Shown piece by piece: positions 45,485 to 54,740 of a DNA stretch of 64,000 bases; position 1 is the stretch's first letter; each line of letters begins with the position of its first letter. The stretch is from the NCBI GenBank assembly GCA_036396795.1, contig DASWKF010000103.1, forward strand, positions 4,170 through 68,169, in the 5' to 3' direction. The stretch is from Gammaproteobacteria bacterium. GTDB taxonomy: Bacteria > Pseudomonadota > Gammaproteobacteria > Steroidobacterales > Rariloculaceae. The notes beneath the pieces were generated by a model that saw only the letters and a program-made list of their open reading frames with translations, had not been told where the DNA came from and ran no database searches. The position numbers and the translations under genes are program-made.

Positions 45485-45943
45485 ATGTACCGACGGCAGC
45501 AAGGCATCACCACGGTCGAGGCGGCAATCGTCACGCTGCTCGCGCTGATATCGCTGTTCGGCGTGCTGGAGGTCGGACGCGTGTTCTTCGTCTTCAACGC
45601 CTTGGAGGAAGCCACCCGTCGCGGCGCCAGGGTGGCGGCCGTTTGTCAAGTGAACGATCCGGCCATTGCTCAGATCGCCTCGTTCAACGCTTCCGGCTCA
45701 CCTGTGGTCGGCGGTCTCACCGCCGCCAATATCGCCGTGGACTACATGGACTTTGCGGGCAATATTGTCGGCGATCCGATCGGAAGCTTCGGAGCAATCG
45801 AGTACGTACGCGTGCGGATCGTCAACTTCACACATCAGTTGTTGATTCCGCTGTTCGTTTCGAGTTTCACGACCCCAGCCTTCGCCGCGACCTTGCCCAG
45901 AGAGAGCCTGGGTGTTTGGCCCGGAGGCTTTTCACCATGTTAG
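45485..45943 (+). CDS. Second TadE/TadF-family pseudopilin
   Basis: QQGITTVEAAIVTLLALISLFGVLEVGRVFFVFNALEEATRRGAR. 1-nt gap after tadE. Confidence 0.75.
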   Translation: MYRRQQGITTVEAAIVTLLALISLFGVLEVGRVFFVFNALEEATRRGARVAAVCQVNDPAIAQIASFNASGSPVVGGLTAANIAVDYMDFAGNIVGDPIGSFGAIEYVRVRIVNFTHQLLIPLFVSSFTTPAFAATLPRESLGVWPGGFSPC

Positions 45944-45967
45944 GCATATCCAGGAAGAGGAGCTGAC

Positions 45968-47143
45968 GTGTCGAGGCTTCGCATTCTCATCGCAAGCGAC
46001 TCCAAGGACGCGGTCGAGGCCATTCAGGGCTTGATCCGCGGCGCCCACAATCTCTCGGCGGAGGGCTGCATCATCGACCTCCGAAGCCCGGAGCCGCTGC
46101 GGTGCTTCGAGCACGCACCGGATCTTCTGTTGCTTCGAGTCGGCGCGGACTCGCAAGCTGCGCTGGAAGCGCTCGCGGGCTACTCGCATTCCGAGCGGCC
46201 GCCGCTGATCGTGATCGGCGACGCCAACCATCCCGGCTGCATGCGCGCCGCGATGCAAGCGGGCGCGCGTGATTTTTTGACGGAGCCCGTCTCGAAAGCC
46301 GAGTTGCTCGAAGTCATCGCACGTCTGGCGTCGGAGCAAAAGCCATCTAGCGCCTCCGGACAGTGTCGCTTGACGGCGTTCGTCAACGGCAAAGGTGGAT
46401 CGGGCGCGACGTTTCTGGCTTGCAATGTCGCGCATCTGTTTGCTGAGCTCTCGGGTCTCAAGACCGCGCTGCTCGGCCTCGACACGCAATTCGCATCGTT
46501 GCCGCGCTATCTCGATTTGCAGCCGAAGCGAGGCTTGCTGGAAGCCCTCGAGGTCGCGGGCGACCTCGATGGAGCGGCCATCGATGCCTATTTGACACGG
46601 CATGATTCCGGGCTGGCGCTGCTCGCGGCCTCGCAGGACAACACGCTGCTGCAACAGGATCTGATGACCGAACGCTTGGAAACGGTTCTGCAGCTTCTGT
46701 TCACGAGTTTCGAGCATTGCGTGGTCGATCTGCCAAGGCGGATCGAGCCATTCAGCGCGCTGGTGCTCGAGCAGGCGGATCAGATCGTGCTCGTGATACA
46801 GCAATCCGTGCCGAGCCTGCACGATACTGCGCGCACGTACGATCTGCTGGTGCGTCATCTCGCGATCCCGCCCGAGCGTGTCACGATCATCGTGAACCGC
46901 TATCGCCGCGCGGCGGCCGTCGAGCTGTCCGACATTCAACAGTTCTTCGGTGACCGAAAGGTTACCTGCATTCCCAACGATTATCGGTCCGTGACGGAGA
47001 GCATCGACATCGGCGTTCCGATCTACCGGCATGCGCGCCGGTCGCCGGTCACGAAGGCCCTCATCCAGCTCGAAAAGCAGCTCGGCGGACGGGCCACGGG
47101 GGCCGATAAAAGCTTCCTCCCAAGATTGCTCAGGACCGGTTGA
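45968..47143 (+). CDS. cpaE: CpaE/TadZ: receiver-like N-domain + MinD/ParA-type ATPase
   Basis: N-terminal pseudo-receiver (RILIASDS...LLLLRVG...PLIVIGD...DFLTEP). Deviant Walker A FVNGKGGSGATFLACNVA. Confidence 0.85.
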   Translation: MSRLRILIASDSKDAVEAIQGLIRGAHNLSAEGCIIDLRSPEPLRCFEHAPDLLLLRVGADSQAALEALAGYSHSERPPLIVIGDANHPGCMRAAMQAGARDFLTEPVSKAELLEVIARLASEQKPSSASGQCRLTAFVNGKGGSGATFLACNVAHLFAELSGLKTALLGLDTQFASLPRYLDLQPKRGLLEALEVAGDLDGAAIDAYLTRHDSGLALLAASQDNTLLQQDLMTERLETVLQLLFTSFEHCVVDLPRRIEPFSALVLEQADQIVLVIQQSVPSLHDTARTYDLLVRHLAIPPERVTIIVNRYRRAAAVELSDIQQFFGDRKVTCIPNDYRSVTESIDIGVPIYRHARRSPVTKALIQLEKQLGGRATGADKSFLPRLLRTG

Positions 47144-47160
47144 GAGAAGAGGTGACATAG

Positions 47161-48552
47161 ATGGCTTTCATGACGATGAACCGATCGCAAAGCGTGAACG
47201 CCGCGGCGCCGATTGCGCCGCGTGCTGCCTCACGCCCCGTCAATGGTCAAACCGGCCCGGAGACCTCGCTTTCGAAGCTCGAAAGTGAATGGAAGGAGCG
47301 TATTCACGGCCGTTTGCTGGACATGATGGATCTGTCTCTGATCGGTCAGCTCGAAAACGAGCAGGCGCGCGTGCAGATCCGGGACTTGAGCCAGCGGTTG
47401 CTCGTCGAGGAGGCAGCGCCGCTCAACGTCGAGCAGCGCAAACGTGTCGTGCGGCGCATCGAAGACGAAGTTCTGGGCCTCGGTCCACTCGAGCCACTGC
47501 TACAGGATCCGACCATATCGGACATTCTCGTGAACGGCGCAAACAGCGTCTATGTCGAGCGGGCAGGCAAGCTGAAGCTCACGGACGTGCGCTTCAACGA
47601 CGATCGGCATCTGCTCAACATCATCGACCGCATCGTATCGGCCGTCGGCCGCCGCATCGACGAATCGGCTCCGATGGTGGACGCCCGCTTGAAAGACGGC
47701 TCCCGGGTCAACGTGATCATTCCGCCACTTGCCATCGATGGTCCGACGCTCTCTATCCGGCGTTTCGCCGTGGAGCTCTTGTCGATGGACGACTTGATCG
47801 AGCTGGGCTCGGTGACGGCGGGAGTCGCTCGCGTTCTTAAGGCGATCGTAAAAGGCCGGTTGAACGTCCTGGTATCCGGCGGAACGGGTGCGGGCAAGAC
47901 GACGCTGCTGAACATCCTCTCCGGCTTCATCCCCGCGGACGAGCGCATCATCACGATCGAGGATTCGGCCGAGCTCCAGCTCCAGCAGCCTCACATCGTC
48001 AGGCTCGAAACGCGACCCTCCAACATCGAGGGCAAGGGTGAGGTGACTCAGCGTGAGCTCGTGCGCAATAGCCTACGCATGCGCCCGGAGCGGATCATCG
48101 TCGGTGAGGTTCGCGGCGCTGAAGCGCTCGACATGCTGCAAGCCATGAATACCGGTCACGACGGGTCGTTGACGACCGTCCACGCCAACACCCCTCGCGA
48201 CGCGCTGAGCCGGATCGAGAACATGGTGTCGATGACCGGCATCAGCTTCCCGACGAAGACGCTGCGGGCACAGCTCGCCTCCGCCCTGGACGTCGTGGTT
48301 CAGGTCGAACGGCATGAGGACGGCAAGCGCAGGCTGGTCAGCCTGCAGGAAATCAACGGCATGGAGGGGGAAGTGATCACGATGTCGGAGCTGTTCCAAT
48401 TCCGGCGCGAAGGCCTCGACGGGAACGGCAACGTGCTGGGGGCGCTGCGCGCGACCGGGATCATTCCGGCGTTCCACAGCAAGCTCAAAGCAAAATCCAT
48501 CGACATACCCGTTGACGTGTTCGAGCCTGCGTGGCTCGACCAAGGGAAATAG
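47161..48552 (+). CDS. cpaF: CpaF/TadA secretion ATPase
   Basis: [22 protein letters not shown] (Walker A), [26 protein letters not shown] (Walker B) and [11 protein letters not shown] (His box). Confidence 0.95.
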   Translation: MAFMTMNRSQSVNAAAPIAPRAASRPVNGQTGPETSLSKLESEWKERIHGRLLDMMDLSLIGQLENEQARVQIRDLSQRLLVEEAAPLNVEQRKRVVRRIEDEVLGLGPLEPLLQDPTISDILVNGANSVYVERAGKLKLTDVRFNDDRHLLNIIDRIVSAVGRRIDESAPMVDARLKDGSRVNVIIPPLAIDGPTLSIRRFAVELLSMDDLIELGSVTAGVARVLKAIVKGRLNVLVSGGTGAGKTTLLNILSGFIPADERIITIEDSAELQLQQPHIVRLETRPSNIEGKGEVTQRELVRNSLRMRPERIIVGEVRGAEALDMLQAMNTGHDGSLTTVHANTPRDALSRIENMVSMTGISFPTKTLRAQLASALDVVVQVERHEDGKRRLVSLQEINGMEGEVITMSELFQFRREGLDGNGNVLGALRATGIIPAFHSKLKAKSIDIPVDVFEPAWLDQGK

Positions 48553-48557
48553 CGGCC

Positions 48558-49535
48558 ATGGAAAACAGCGGAATATTCATCTATATCGGCCTCGTGTTTG
48601 CTGCAGTCTTCCTGTTGTCACAAGGCATGATCATTCCGGCCTTCGGCGACGGCCGCAAGGCCAGGCAGCTGCTGCGAAAGAGACTCGCCGATATCGACAA
48701 GGTCGCGCACGAGGATGCTATTTCCTCGCTGTTGCGCGAACGCTATCTGCGCAAGCTCTCTCCTCTGGAGCGCCGCCTGGAGGCGCTGCCGGGAATGGAG
48801 CCGTTGCGAGCCTACATCGAGCAGTCGGGCAACCGCATTCTGGCATACCGGCTCGTGATGGTTTCCGTCGTGATGACGCTGGGCGCGGCGGTTGCGGTCT
48901 GGACGTTCTCGCGTATGCCGGCGGCGGTCGCGGTCGGCACGCTGGTTGCCGGGAGCCTGCCGTTTCTCAAGATCGTCCGCGATCGCACGCAGCGCTTCGC
49001 GAAACTCGAGGAGCAGCTTCCCGATGCGATCGACATCATACGCCGGGCCTTGATGGCCGGCCACCCCTTCAACGCCGCGCTGAAGCTTGTCTCGGAAGAC
49101 ATGAACGATCCGATTGCGCGCGAGTTCGACTTGACCTTTGCCGACATCAACTACGGCAACGACGTACGCAGGGCGATGCTGGGCCTGCTCGCCCGCGTGC
49201 CGAGCGTCACCGTGATGGCCTTCGTGACCGCCGTCCTCGTACAGAAGGAAACGGGCGGCAATCTTGCCGAAATATTGAACCAGATCGCAAACGTGGTGCG
49301 CGGACGATTTCGCTTCCAACGCAGAGTCCGCACGCTGTCGGCCGAAGGAAGGATGTCCGCCTGGGTCCTCGCCCTCGTGCCTTTGATCCTGTTCGGCGCC
49401 ATGATGATCATGAACCCCGACTATCTGCCGCTGCTGCTCGATGAGCCCGCGGGGCGGCAACTCGCGACATTCGCATTCATCTGGGGCGGCATCGGTATCT
49501 ACTGGATTCGGCGGATCATTCGCATAGAAGCCTAG
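48558..49535 (+). CDS. tadB: TadB inner-membrane platform protein
   Basis: GspF-like T2SSF domain (LPDAIDIIRRALMAGHPFNAALKLVSEDMNDPIAREF). ATG at 48558, 5 nt after the tadA stop. Confidence 0.85.
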   Translation: MENSGIFIYIGLVFAAVFLLSQGMIIPAFGDGRKARQLLRKRLADIDKVAHEDAISSLLRERYLRKLSPLERRLEALPGMEPLRAYIEQSGNRILAYRLVMVSVVMTLGAAVAVWTFSRMPAAVAVGTLVAGSLPFLKIVRDRTQRFAKLEEQLPDAIDIIRRALMAGHPFNAALKLVSEDMNDPIAREFDLTFADINYGNDVRRAMLGLLARVPSVTVMAFVTAVLVQKETGGNLAEILNQIANVVRGRFRFQRRVRTLSAEGRMSAWVLALVPLILFGAMMIMNPDYLPLLLDEPAGRQLATFAFIWGGIGIYWIRRIIRIEA

Positions 49536-49544
49536 GAGCGCCAC

Positions 49545-50510
49545 GTGGAAGGTCTTATCACATTGCTGCAACAATGGATCGAGGATCCGCAGACGCTGCG
49601 TCTGGTCGTCGTCGTTCTGATGAGCGGCACGTTCGTGATCTTCGGTCTCGGTCTGGGCTTCCTGGCGCTCAGCGCCACCGACCCGATCCGCCGCCGCTTG
49701 AGCCGCGGGGCCAAACGAGAGGTAAAGAAGGAGAAAGGCCGCACGCTCGTTTGGATCAATACGATGCTCGGACCTGTGTCCAGCTACGTGTTGCCGCAGA
49801 GTGAGATCGAGCGCGATCGTATCAACCAGAAACTCGTGCACGCCGGGTTCCGTTCACCGAGTGCAGTGCAAAATTTCTATGCGATCAAGGTCGTGCTCGC
49901 GATCATGCTGCCGGCGATCGTTCTCCTCATCTCCCGCTGGCTGCCGAACCTAACGACCCAGATGGAGCTCATTGCCATCGTCGGCGCCTGCGGCGCCGGC
50001 ATGCTCATGCCGAACATGGTGCTCGATCGCCTAATGCAGAACCGCAAGAGAAAGCTCCGCAACGGCTTTCCGGACGCGCTGGACATGCTCGTCGTTTGCG
50101 TGGAGGCAGGCCTCGGCATGTCGCAGGCCATCCAACGTGTTGCCGACGAGCTCGGAGTCAGCCATCCAGAGCTCGCCCAGGAGCTCGCGCTGGTCAATGC
50201 GGAGATACGCGCGGGCGTCGATCGAGTCGCGGCGCTCAAGAATCTCGCATATCGCACGGGGCTCGAGGACGTTCAGGGGCTCGTGAGCCTTCTCGTGCAG
50301 ACGCTGCGCTTCGGCACGAGCATCGCCGAATCTCTGCGCGTCTACTCGGTTGAGTTCCGCGACAAGCGCATGCAGAAGGCCGAGGAGCAAGCCGCGAAGA
50401 TCGGCACGAAGATGGTCTTTCCGCTTGTCATCTTCCTGTTTCCCGGCTTCTTCGTCGTCGCCGTGGGACCCGCAGTCGTGGGATTGGTTTCCGTATTCCA
50501 GACAATATAG
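49545..50510 (+). CDS. tadC: TadC inner-membrane platform protein
   Basis: T2SSF domain (FPDALDMLVVCVEAGLGMSQAIQRVADELGVSHPELAQEL). Paralogous to tadB. Confidence 0.85.
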   Translation: MEGLITLLQQWIEDPQTLRLVVVVLMSGTFVIFGLGLGFLALSATDPIRRRLSRGAKREVKKEKGRTLVWINTMLGPVSSYVLPQSEIERDRINQKLVHAGFRSPSAVQNFYAIKVVLAIMLPAIVLLISRWLPNLTTQMELIAIVGACGAGMLMPNMVLDRLMQNRKRKLRNGFPDALDMLVVCVEAGLGMSQAIQRVADELGVSHPELAQELALVNAEIRAGVDRVAALKNLAYRTGLEDVQGLVSLLVQTLRFGTSIAESLRVYSVEFRDKRMQKAEEQAAKIGTKMVFPLVIFLFPGFFVVAVGPAVVGLVSVFQTI

Positions 50511-50528
50511 AGCGAAGGAGAGCAACAG

Positions 50529-51497
50529 ATGACAGGGAATGTGCAACGGCTCCGCCCTTTCAGGGTGACGCTCGCGCTCGTCGGTCTTTTTCTGCTGACG
50601 GGCTGCGCGACGACCGCCAGCCGCGGAAGGGCCGACTCGACAGAGGCTCAGCCCCCATCGACGGAGCAATCGCTCGCTGCCGGCGACGAAGCCGCGCGGC
50701 GCGGGGACTTCGAGCGCGCCCTCGCCTACTACCTGCGCGCAGTCGGAGCGGAACCGACAGTCGAGGGCTGGATCAGGATCGGTGCGGTATCGACGCGGTT
50801 GGGCAACTCGGAGCGCGCCCTGCACGCTTATCTTCAGGTCATTGCGCTCGAGCCGAATCGAGCCGACGCGCTGGAGGGGGCCGGGCTCGAGCACATGGCG
50901 CTCGGAGACGCCGCGGCCGCGCGCGAGCACCTCGCACGAGCGGTCGAGATCGATCCACAGCGTTGGCGCTCACACAACGCTCTCGGCATTCTGGCCGACC
51001 AGGCGGAAGATCACGGCTCGGCGATCGCGCACTACGAGACGGCGCTCGATCTCAACCCCAGATCACCGATGCTGTTGAATAATCTGGGCTATTCGAGGCA
51101 TCTGTCGGGCGACCTCGATCAAGCCGCCCGCGACTTCTATGCCGCCACGCAAGCGGACCCGAGCTACAAGCCCGCCTGGTCGAATCTCGCTTTGGTGTAT
51201 GCCCATCGCGGCCTGTACTCGGAAGCTGTGCAGACGCTCTTGAAAATAGAGGACAAGCCAACGGCGTACAACGATATCGGCTATGTCGCCTTCCAACGCG
51301 GCGATCTGCCTGAATCGGAGATGCTGCTGAGTGAGGCCGTGCGCCTCTCGCCCGTCTATTACGAGACGGCCAACAAGAACCTGGAGTCGGTGCGTGCCAG
51401 AATGCGCGGCCAAACGGACGCGAGCCCCGCACTCGGCAAACCATTTCCAGATCTGATCTCGGGCAGCCTTACCGCCGCCGGACGCGATGGGAGCTGA
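50529..51497 (+). CDS. tadD: TadD-like TPR lipoprotein
   Basis: Lipobox LFLLTGC and at least 5 TPR-like repeats (AL.YYL.A....P......G......G). Confidence 0.75.
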   Translation: MTGNVQRLRPFRVTLALVGLFLLTGCATTASRGRADSTEAQPPSTEQSLAAGDEAARRGDFERALAYYLRAVGAEPTVEGWIRIGAVSTRLGNSERALHAYLQVIALEPNRADALEGAGLEHMALGDAAAAREHLARAVEIDPQRWRSHNALGILADQAEDHGSAIAHYETALDLNPRSPMLLNNLGYSRHLSGDLDQAARDFYAATQADPSYKPAWSNLALVYAHRGLYSEAVQTLLKIEDKPTAYNDIGYVAFQRGDLPESEMLLSEAVRLSPVYYETANKNLESVRARMRGQTDASPALGKPFPDLISGSLTAAGRDGS

Positions 51498-53004
51498 GAT
51501 GCGCAAGGCAGTACGAGCCTCGAGGGGACGGCGGCCTGCGAGGAACCGGCGCGACCGCCGTCGTTGGGTAGCTGCGGCGGGATTGATCTCTTCGCTGGCG
51601 GTCCTCGTGACGGTTTGGTCGACGCAACCGAGATACCGCGCAACCGCAACCCTTCATCTCGCAGGAAAAACATTGCCGCCAGACACGGGGGCCGATGCCC
51701 GCAGCTTCGCTCAGGAGCATTTGCAGGCCAGGCACGGCCGCATGATGGGCTCGCTTCGGCCGCGACGCGAAGTCGGGCTGTCCATCATCGAGGTCGAGAC
51801 CACCACCTCGGGCGCCTCTGAGCGCCCTTCGGTCTCAATCGGCTTCGAGATCTTCGTGGATGACTCGAATCCGCGAGCGGCAGAGCGCGCCACCAGCGAT
51901 GTCGCCGCCGCCTATCTGGAGGATCATCGGCGCGCGACGACAACACCACCTGTTCCAGCCGAGACGCTCGAAGCGGCGCGCGTAGCCTCGAAGAAAGCCG
52001 CCGCCGAGCTCGAACGGCTCGCGCATGAGACGGAGAAGTTCGAGCAAGACAACGCCGCCGGCCTATCGGGAATGGAGGAGTTGAACGCTCAGACGATCGA
52101 GCAATCGGAACGTGAGGAGACGCGCGTCAGCCAGGAGCTGCGCATGCTGGAAGGACGCAGAAACGAGCTCGACCGCGGGTTGCAGGACATGCAGCGTGGA
52201 GCGGCGCAGTTCAGCGTGGACTCCAGTAGAGCCCTGTCCAGCGAGCTGCTCGCAGCGGCACAAGCCCGATGGGCCGTGCTGCGAGGTCTCTACGGCCGGG
52301 AGTATTCGCAAGCAGTGGAGCTCGGGGCGGCGATCAGGGAGGCCGAGGCAGCCGCCAACGATCGCACCAATGCGCTCGTGGCGGAGCTGGAGGAAGCCAG
52401 GTCCGAGTTCAATCGTCTGCAGAGACTGCATCCCATCGACCACCCCGATGTCGTTCTTCTAGCCCATCGCGTTTCCGCATTGGAAGTGGACGTCGCCGAG
52501 ACACGCGTTACGGGTCTGACGAACCGGGAGCAAGCGTACATAGAGGATCTTGCTCGGGAACGAGGTGCGATCGACGGTCAGATCAATGAGCTGCGAGACC
52601 GCCTGGCGGCGCTGCAGACGCAGAGAGCCGACCGCGAGTCACTTGTCCAGCAAGCACCCGTACTGGAGCAACAGTACGCCATTCTGCAGGAGCAACTGAC
52701 GAACGCTCGGATGCGGCACGAGACGATGAACGCCGAGTACGCTGCTTTGCAGGCTGTGATGGACGGCGCGCGCGCTGAAAGGCCGGGAGAGCTGTCACTC
52801 GCAGCCGGGGGGCAGACTAGGCGCTTGATCATGAGTGGGCCAGCCGTCATCGGCGGAGTGCTCTGCCTGCTGGGCTTCCTGACGGTCATGTGGCTCATCG
52901 GACGCATCGAGAGCGCGCATCGCACGATAGACGGCGCGGAGCTGGTCGCGAGATTGCAGGGGCAGCCACCGCTCGCCGAGATCCCAACGTTGCAGGTTCA
53001 TTGA
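51487..53004 (+). CDS. Polysaccharide co-polymerase (Wzz/GumC/chain-length-determinant)-like membrane protein
   Basis: N-terminal TM (WVAAAGLISSLAVLVTVW) followed by QPRYRATATLHL (Wzz-like start). Then ~350 aa of coiled coil rich in E/R/A/L and a C-terminal TM (VIGGVLCLLGFLTVMWLIG). The start is 51487 (overlapping tadD) or 51499 (1 nt after its stop). Confidence 0.7.
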   Translation: MGAEMRKAVRASRGRRPARNRRDRRRWVAAAGLISSLAVLVTVWSTQPRYRATATLHLAGKTLPPDTGADARSFAQEHLQARHGRMMGSLRPRREVGLSIIEVETTTSGASERPSVSIGFEIFVDDSNPRAAERATSDVAAAYLEDHRRATTTPPVPAETLEAARVASKKAAAELERLAHETEKFEQDNAAGLSGMEELNAQTIEQSEREETRVSQELRMLEGRRNELDRGLQDMQRGAAQFSVDSSRALSSELLAAAQARWAVLRGLYGREYSQAVELGAAIREAEAAANDRTNALVAELEEARSEFNRLQRLHPIDHPDVVLLAHRVSALEVDVAETRVTGLTNREQAYIEDLARERGAIDGQINELRDRLAALQTQRADRESLVQQAPVLEQQYAILQEQLTNARMRHETMNAEYAALQAVMDGARAERPGELSLAAGGQTRRLIMSGPAVIGGVLCLLGFLTVMWLIGRIESAHRTIDGAELVARLQGQPPLAEIPTLQVH

Positions 53005-53011
53005 GGTCCTC

Positions 53012-53845
53012 ATGGATAGCCTTCGCAACGCCATGGAAGCCGCCATCCAGGAGCACTGGAAGGGGCCGGCGCGTCCCCAAGCGGCGACCGGATCGCCGCG
53101 GGTCGACGCCGGCTCTCGCATTCGAGATCGCGGCGCCCACCTTCGTCGCGGGCTGCGACCGGCCGCAGGCAAGCTTTCGCCCCGCTCACTACCGGTACCT
53201 GTCGAGACGCTTGCCCGTAACCGCCTGGTCGCGGCCCTGCCCGAAAATCAGGAGCGCCAGGCCTATTGCCTCTTGCAGGCAGCCGTCATGCAACGTCTTA
53301 CCCACGGAGGCCGCGTCATAGGCGTGACCGGTCCGTGCCACGGGAGCGGGAAAACACTGACAACCGCGAACCTCGCCATCAGCCTCGCAGTAGATGCTCA
53401 CCGGCCGACCATAGTCACGGACTTCAATCTACACGCGCCCCGCATCCATGAACTCTTCGATTTCGTTCCCGAAACGGGGGTGGAAGACTGCCTTTTCAAT
53501 GGCGTTCCCATTTCGGATGCCCTCGTCTCCCTTGGGATCGATCTCGTCGCAGTGCTTGCCGCGCAGGGCAAATGCGAGAACGTCGATCAAGTGCTGAGAT
53601 CGTGCCATCTCGATGCATTACTCGGCGCGATCAAAGCGTCCTACCCGGATACGACCATTCTGATCGACTTGCCGTCTGTTGCTACGGCCAGTGACGCGCA
53701 AGCTTTCGAAGCCTTGGTCGACGGAATCTTGCTGGTGATCGAGGACGGTGTGACGAGAGAGCGCGATTACCGGCGCGTATTGGCATGCTTCAGCGAACGC
53801 AAGCTGATCGGCACCGTGCTCAATAGAGCGCGCAGCCGCACGTAA
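53012..53845 (+). CDS. BY-kinase-like / MinD-ParA-family P-loop ATPase (CapB/EpsG-like), no C-terminal tyrosine cluster
   Basis: Walker A VIGVTGPCHGSGKTLTTANLAISLA, Walker A' IVTDFNLHAP and Walker B TILIDLPSV. The C-terminus is ...GTVLNRARSRT with no Tyr-rich tail. Confidence 0.75.
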   Translation: MDSLRNAMEAAIQEHWKGPARPQAATGSPRVDAGSRIRDRGAHLRRGLRPAAGKLSPRSLPVPVETLARNRLVAALPENQERQAYCLLQAAVMQRLTHGGRVIGVTGPCHGSGKTLTTANLAISLAVDAHRPTIVTDFNLHAPRIHELFDFVPETGVEDCLFNGVPISDALVSLGIDLVAVLAAQGKCENVDQVLRSCHLDALLGAIKASYPDTTILIDLPSVATASDAQAFEALVDGILLVIEDGVTRERDYRRVLACFSERKLIGTVLNRARSRT

Positions 53846-53856
53846 GGCGAGCCTTC

Positions 53857-54735
53857 ATGTACGAGAAGTTCTACCACCTCGATCGTAGTCCCTTTTCGCT
53901 GTTGCCCGACCCGGCGTTTCTTTTTCTATCACGTAAGCATGCCATGGCATTGACACTGCTCAAGTACAGCCTGATGAGCAAGCATCCGTTCACAGTCATT
54001 GCGGGAGAGGTGGGGGCCGGTAAGACCACGCTGGTCAACAGGCTTCTCGACGACCTCGATGACCGGCACACGGTAGGGCTGATCAACTTCACGGATCCAG
54101 GTGTCACCCAACTATGGCCCTGGATCCTGCACGCCTTCGGCCTGGGCCACTCCAAGAGGAGCGTGGTCGAAATGTACGACGACTTCCTGACATTTCTCTG
54201 TGCCGGCTATGAGCGCGAACGCACGTTCGTCCTGATCGTCGACGAGGCACAGAATCTCGGCCCGACGGCACTGGAGAATCTGCGCATGCTGTCGAACGTG
54301 AATGCCAGAGAGACGTTGTTGCAATTGATTCTCGTCGGTCAGCCGGAGTTCTGCGAAACGCTCAAACGCCCGGATTTTCGCCAGCTCAATCAACGAATCT
54401 CCGTCTTCTATCGTCTCAATCCTCTCTCCAAGAACGAAACGCAAGCGTACATAGACCATCGGCTCGGAGTCGCCGGCGGACGGCCGGGCACGTTCAGCGC
54501 CAAGGCGATCTCGCTGATCTGGGCCGAAAGCGATGGGATTGCCCGAAGGATCAATACGCTGTGCGACCTCGCCCTCGTCTACGGCTTCGCGAGCAACAAA
54601 CCCATCATAGAGGGGGATCTGGTGAGCGAGATGCTTGCTGATCGACGAGACCTTGCGGTCGAGACGGAAATGCCCTCAGAGATCCCAGCAACTTCCGCTC
54701 GGCCGCGTGCCGTCCATGATCAGCGAAGGCACTAG
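53857..54735 (+). CDS. ExeA/GspA/MshM-like AAA ATPase (no peptidoglycan-binding domain)
   Basis: MYEKFYHLDRSPFSLLPDPAFLFLSRKHAMALTLLKYSL...FTVIAGEVGAGKTTLVNRLL...VLIVDEAQNL...LQLILVGQPEF closely parallels the ExeA/MshM N-terminal ATPase. Confidence 0.85.
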   Translation: MYEKFYHLDRSPFSLLPDPAFLFLSRKHAMALTLLKYSLMSKHPFTVIAGEVGAGKTTLVNRLLDDLDDRHTVGLINFTDPGVTQLWPWILHAFGLGHSKRSVVEMYDDFLTFLCAGYERERTFVLIVDEAQNLGPTALENLRMLSNVNARETLLQLILVGQPEFCETLKRPDFRQLNQRISVFYRLNPLSKNETQAYIDHRLGVAGGRPGTFSAKAISLIWAESDGIARRINTLCDLALVYGFASNKPIIEGDLVSEMLADRRDLAVETEMPSEIPATSARPRAVHDQRRH

Positions 54736-54740
54736 AATCC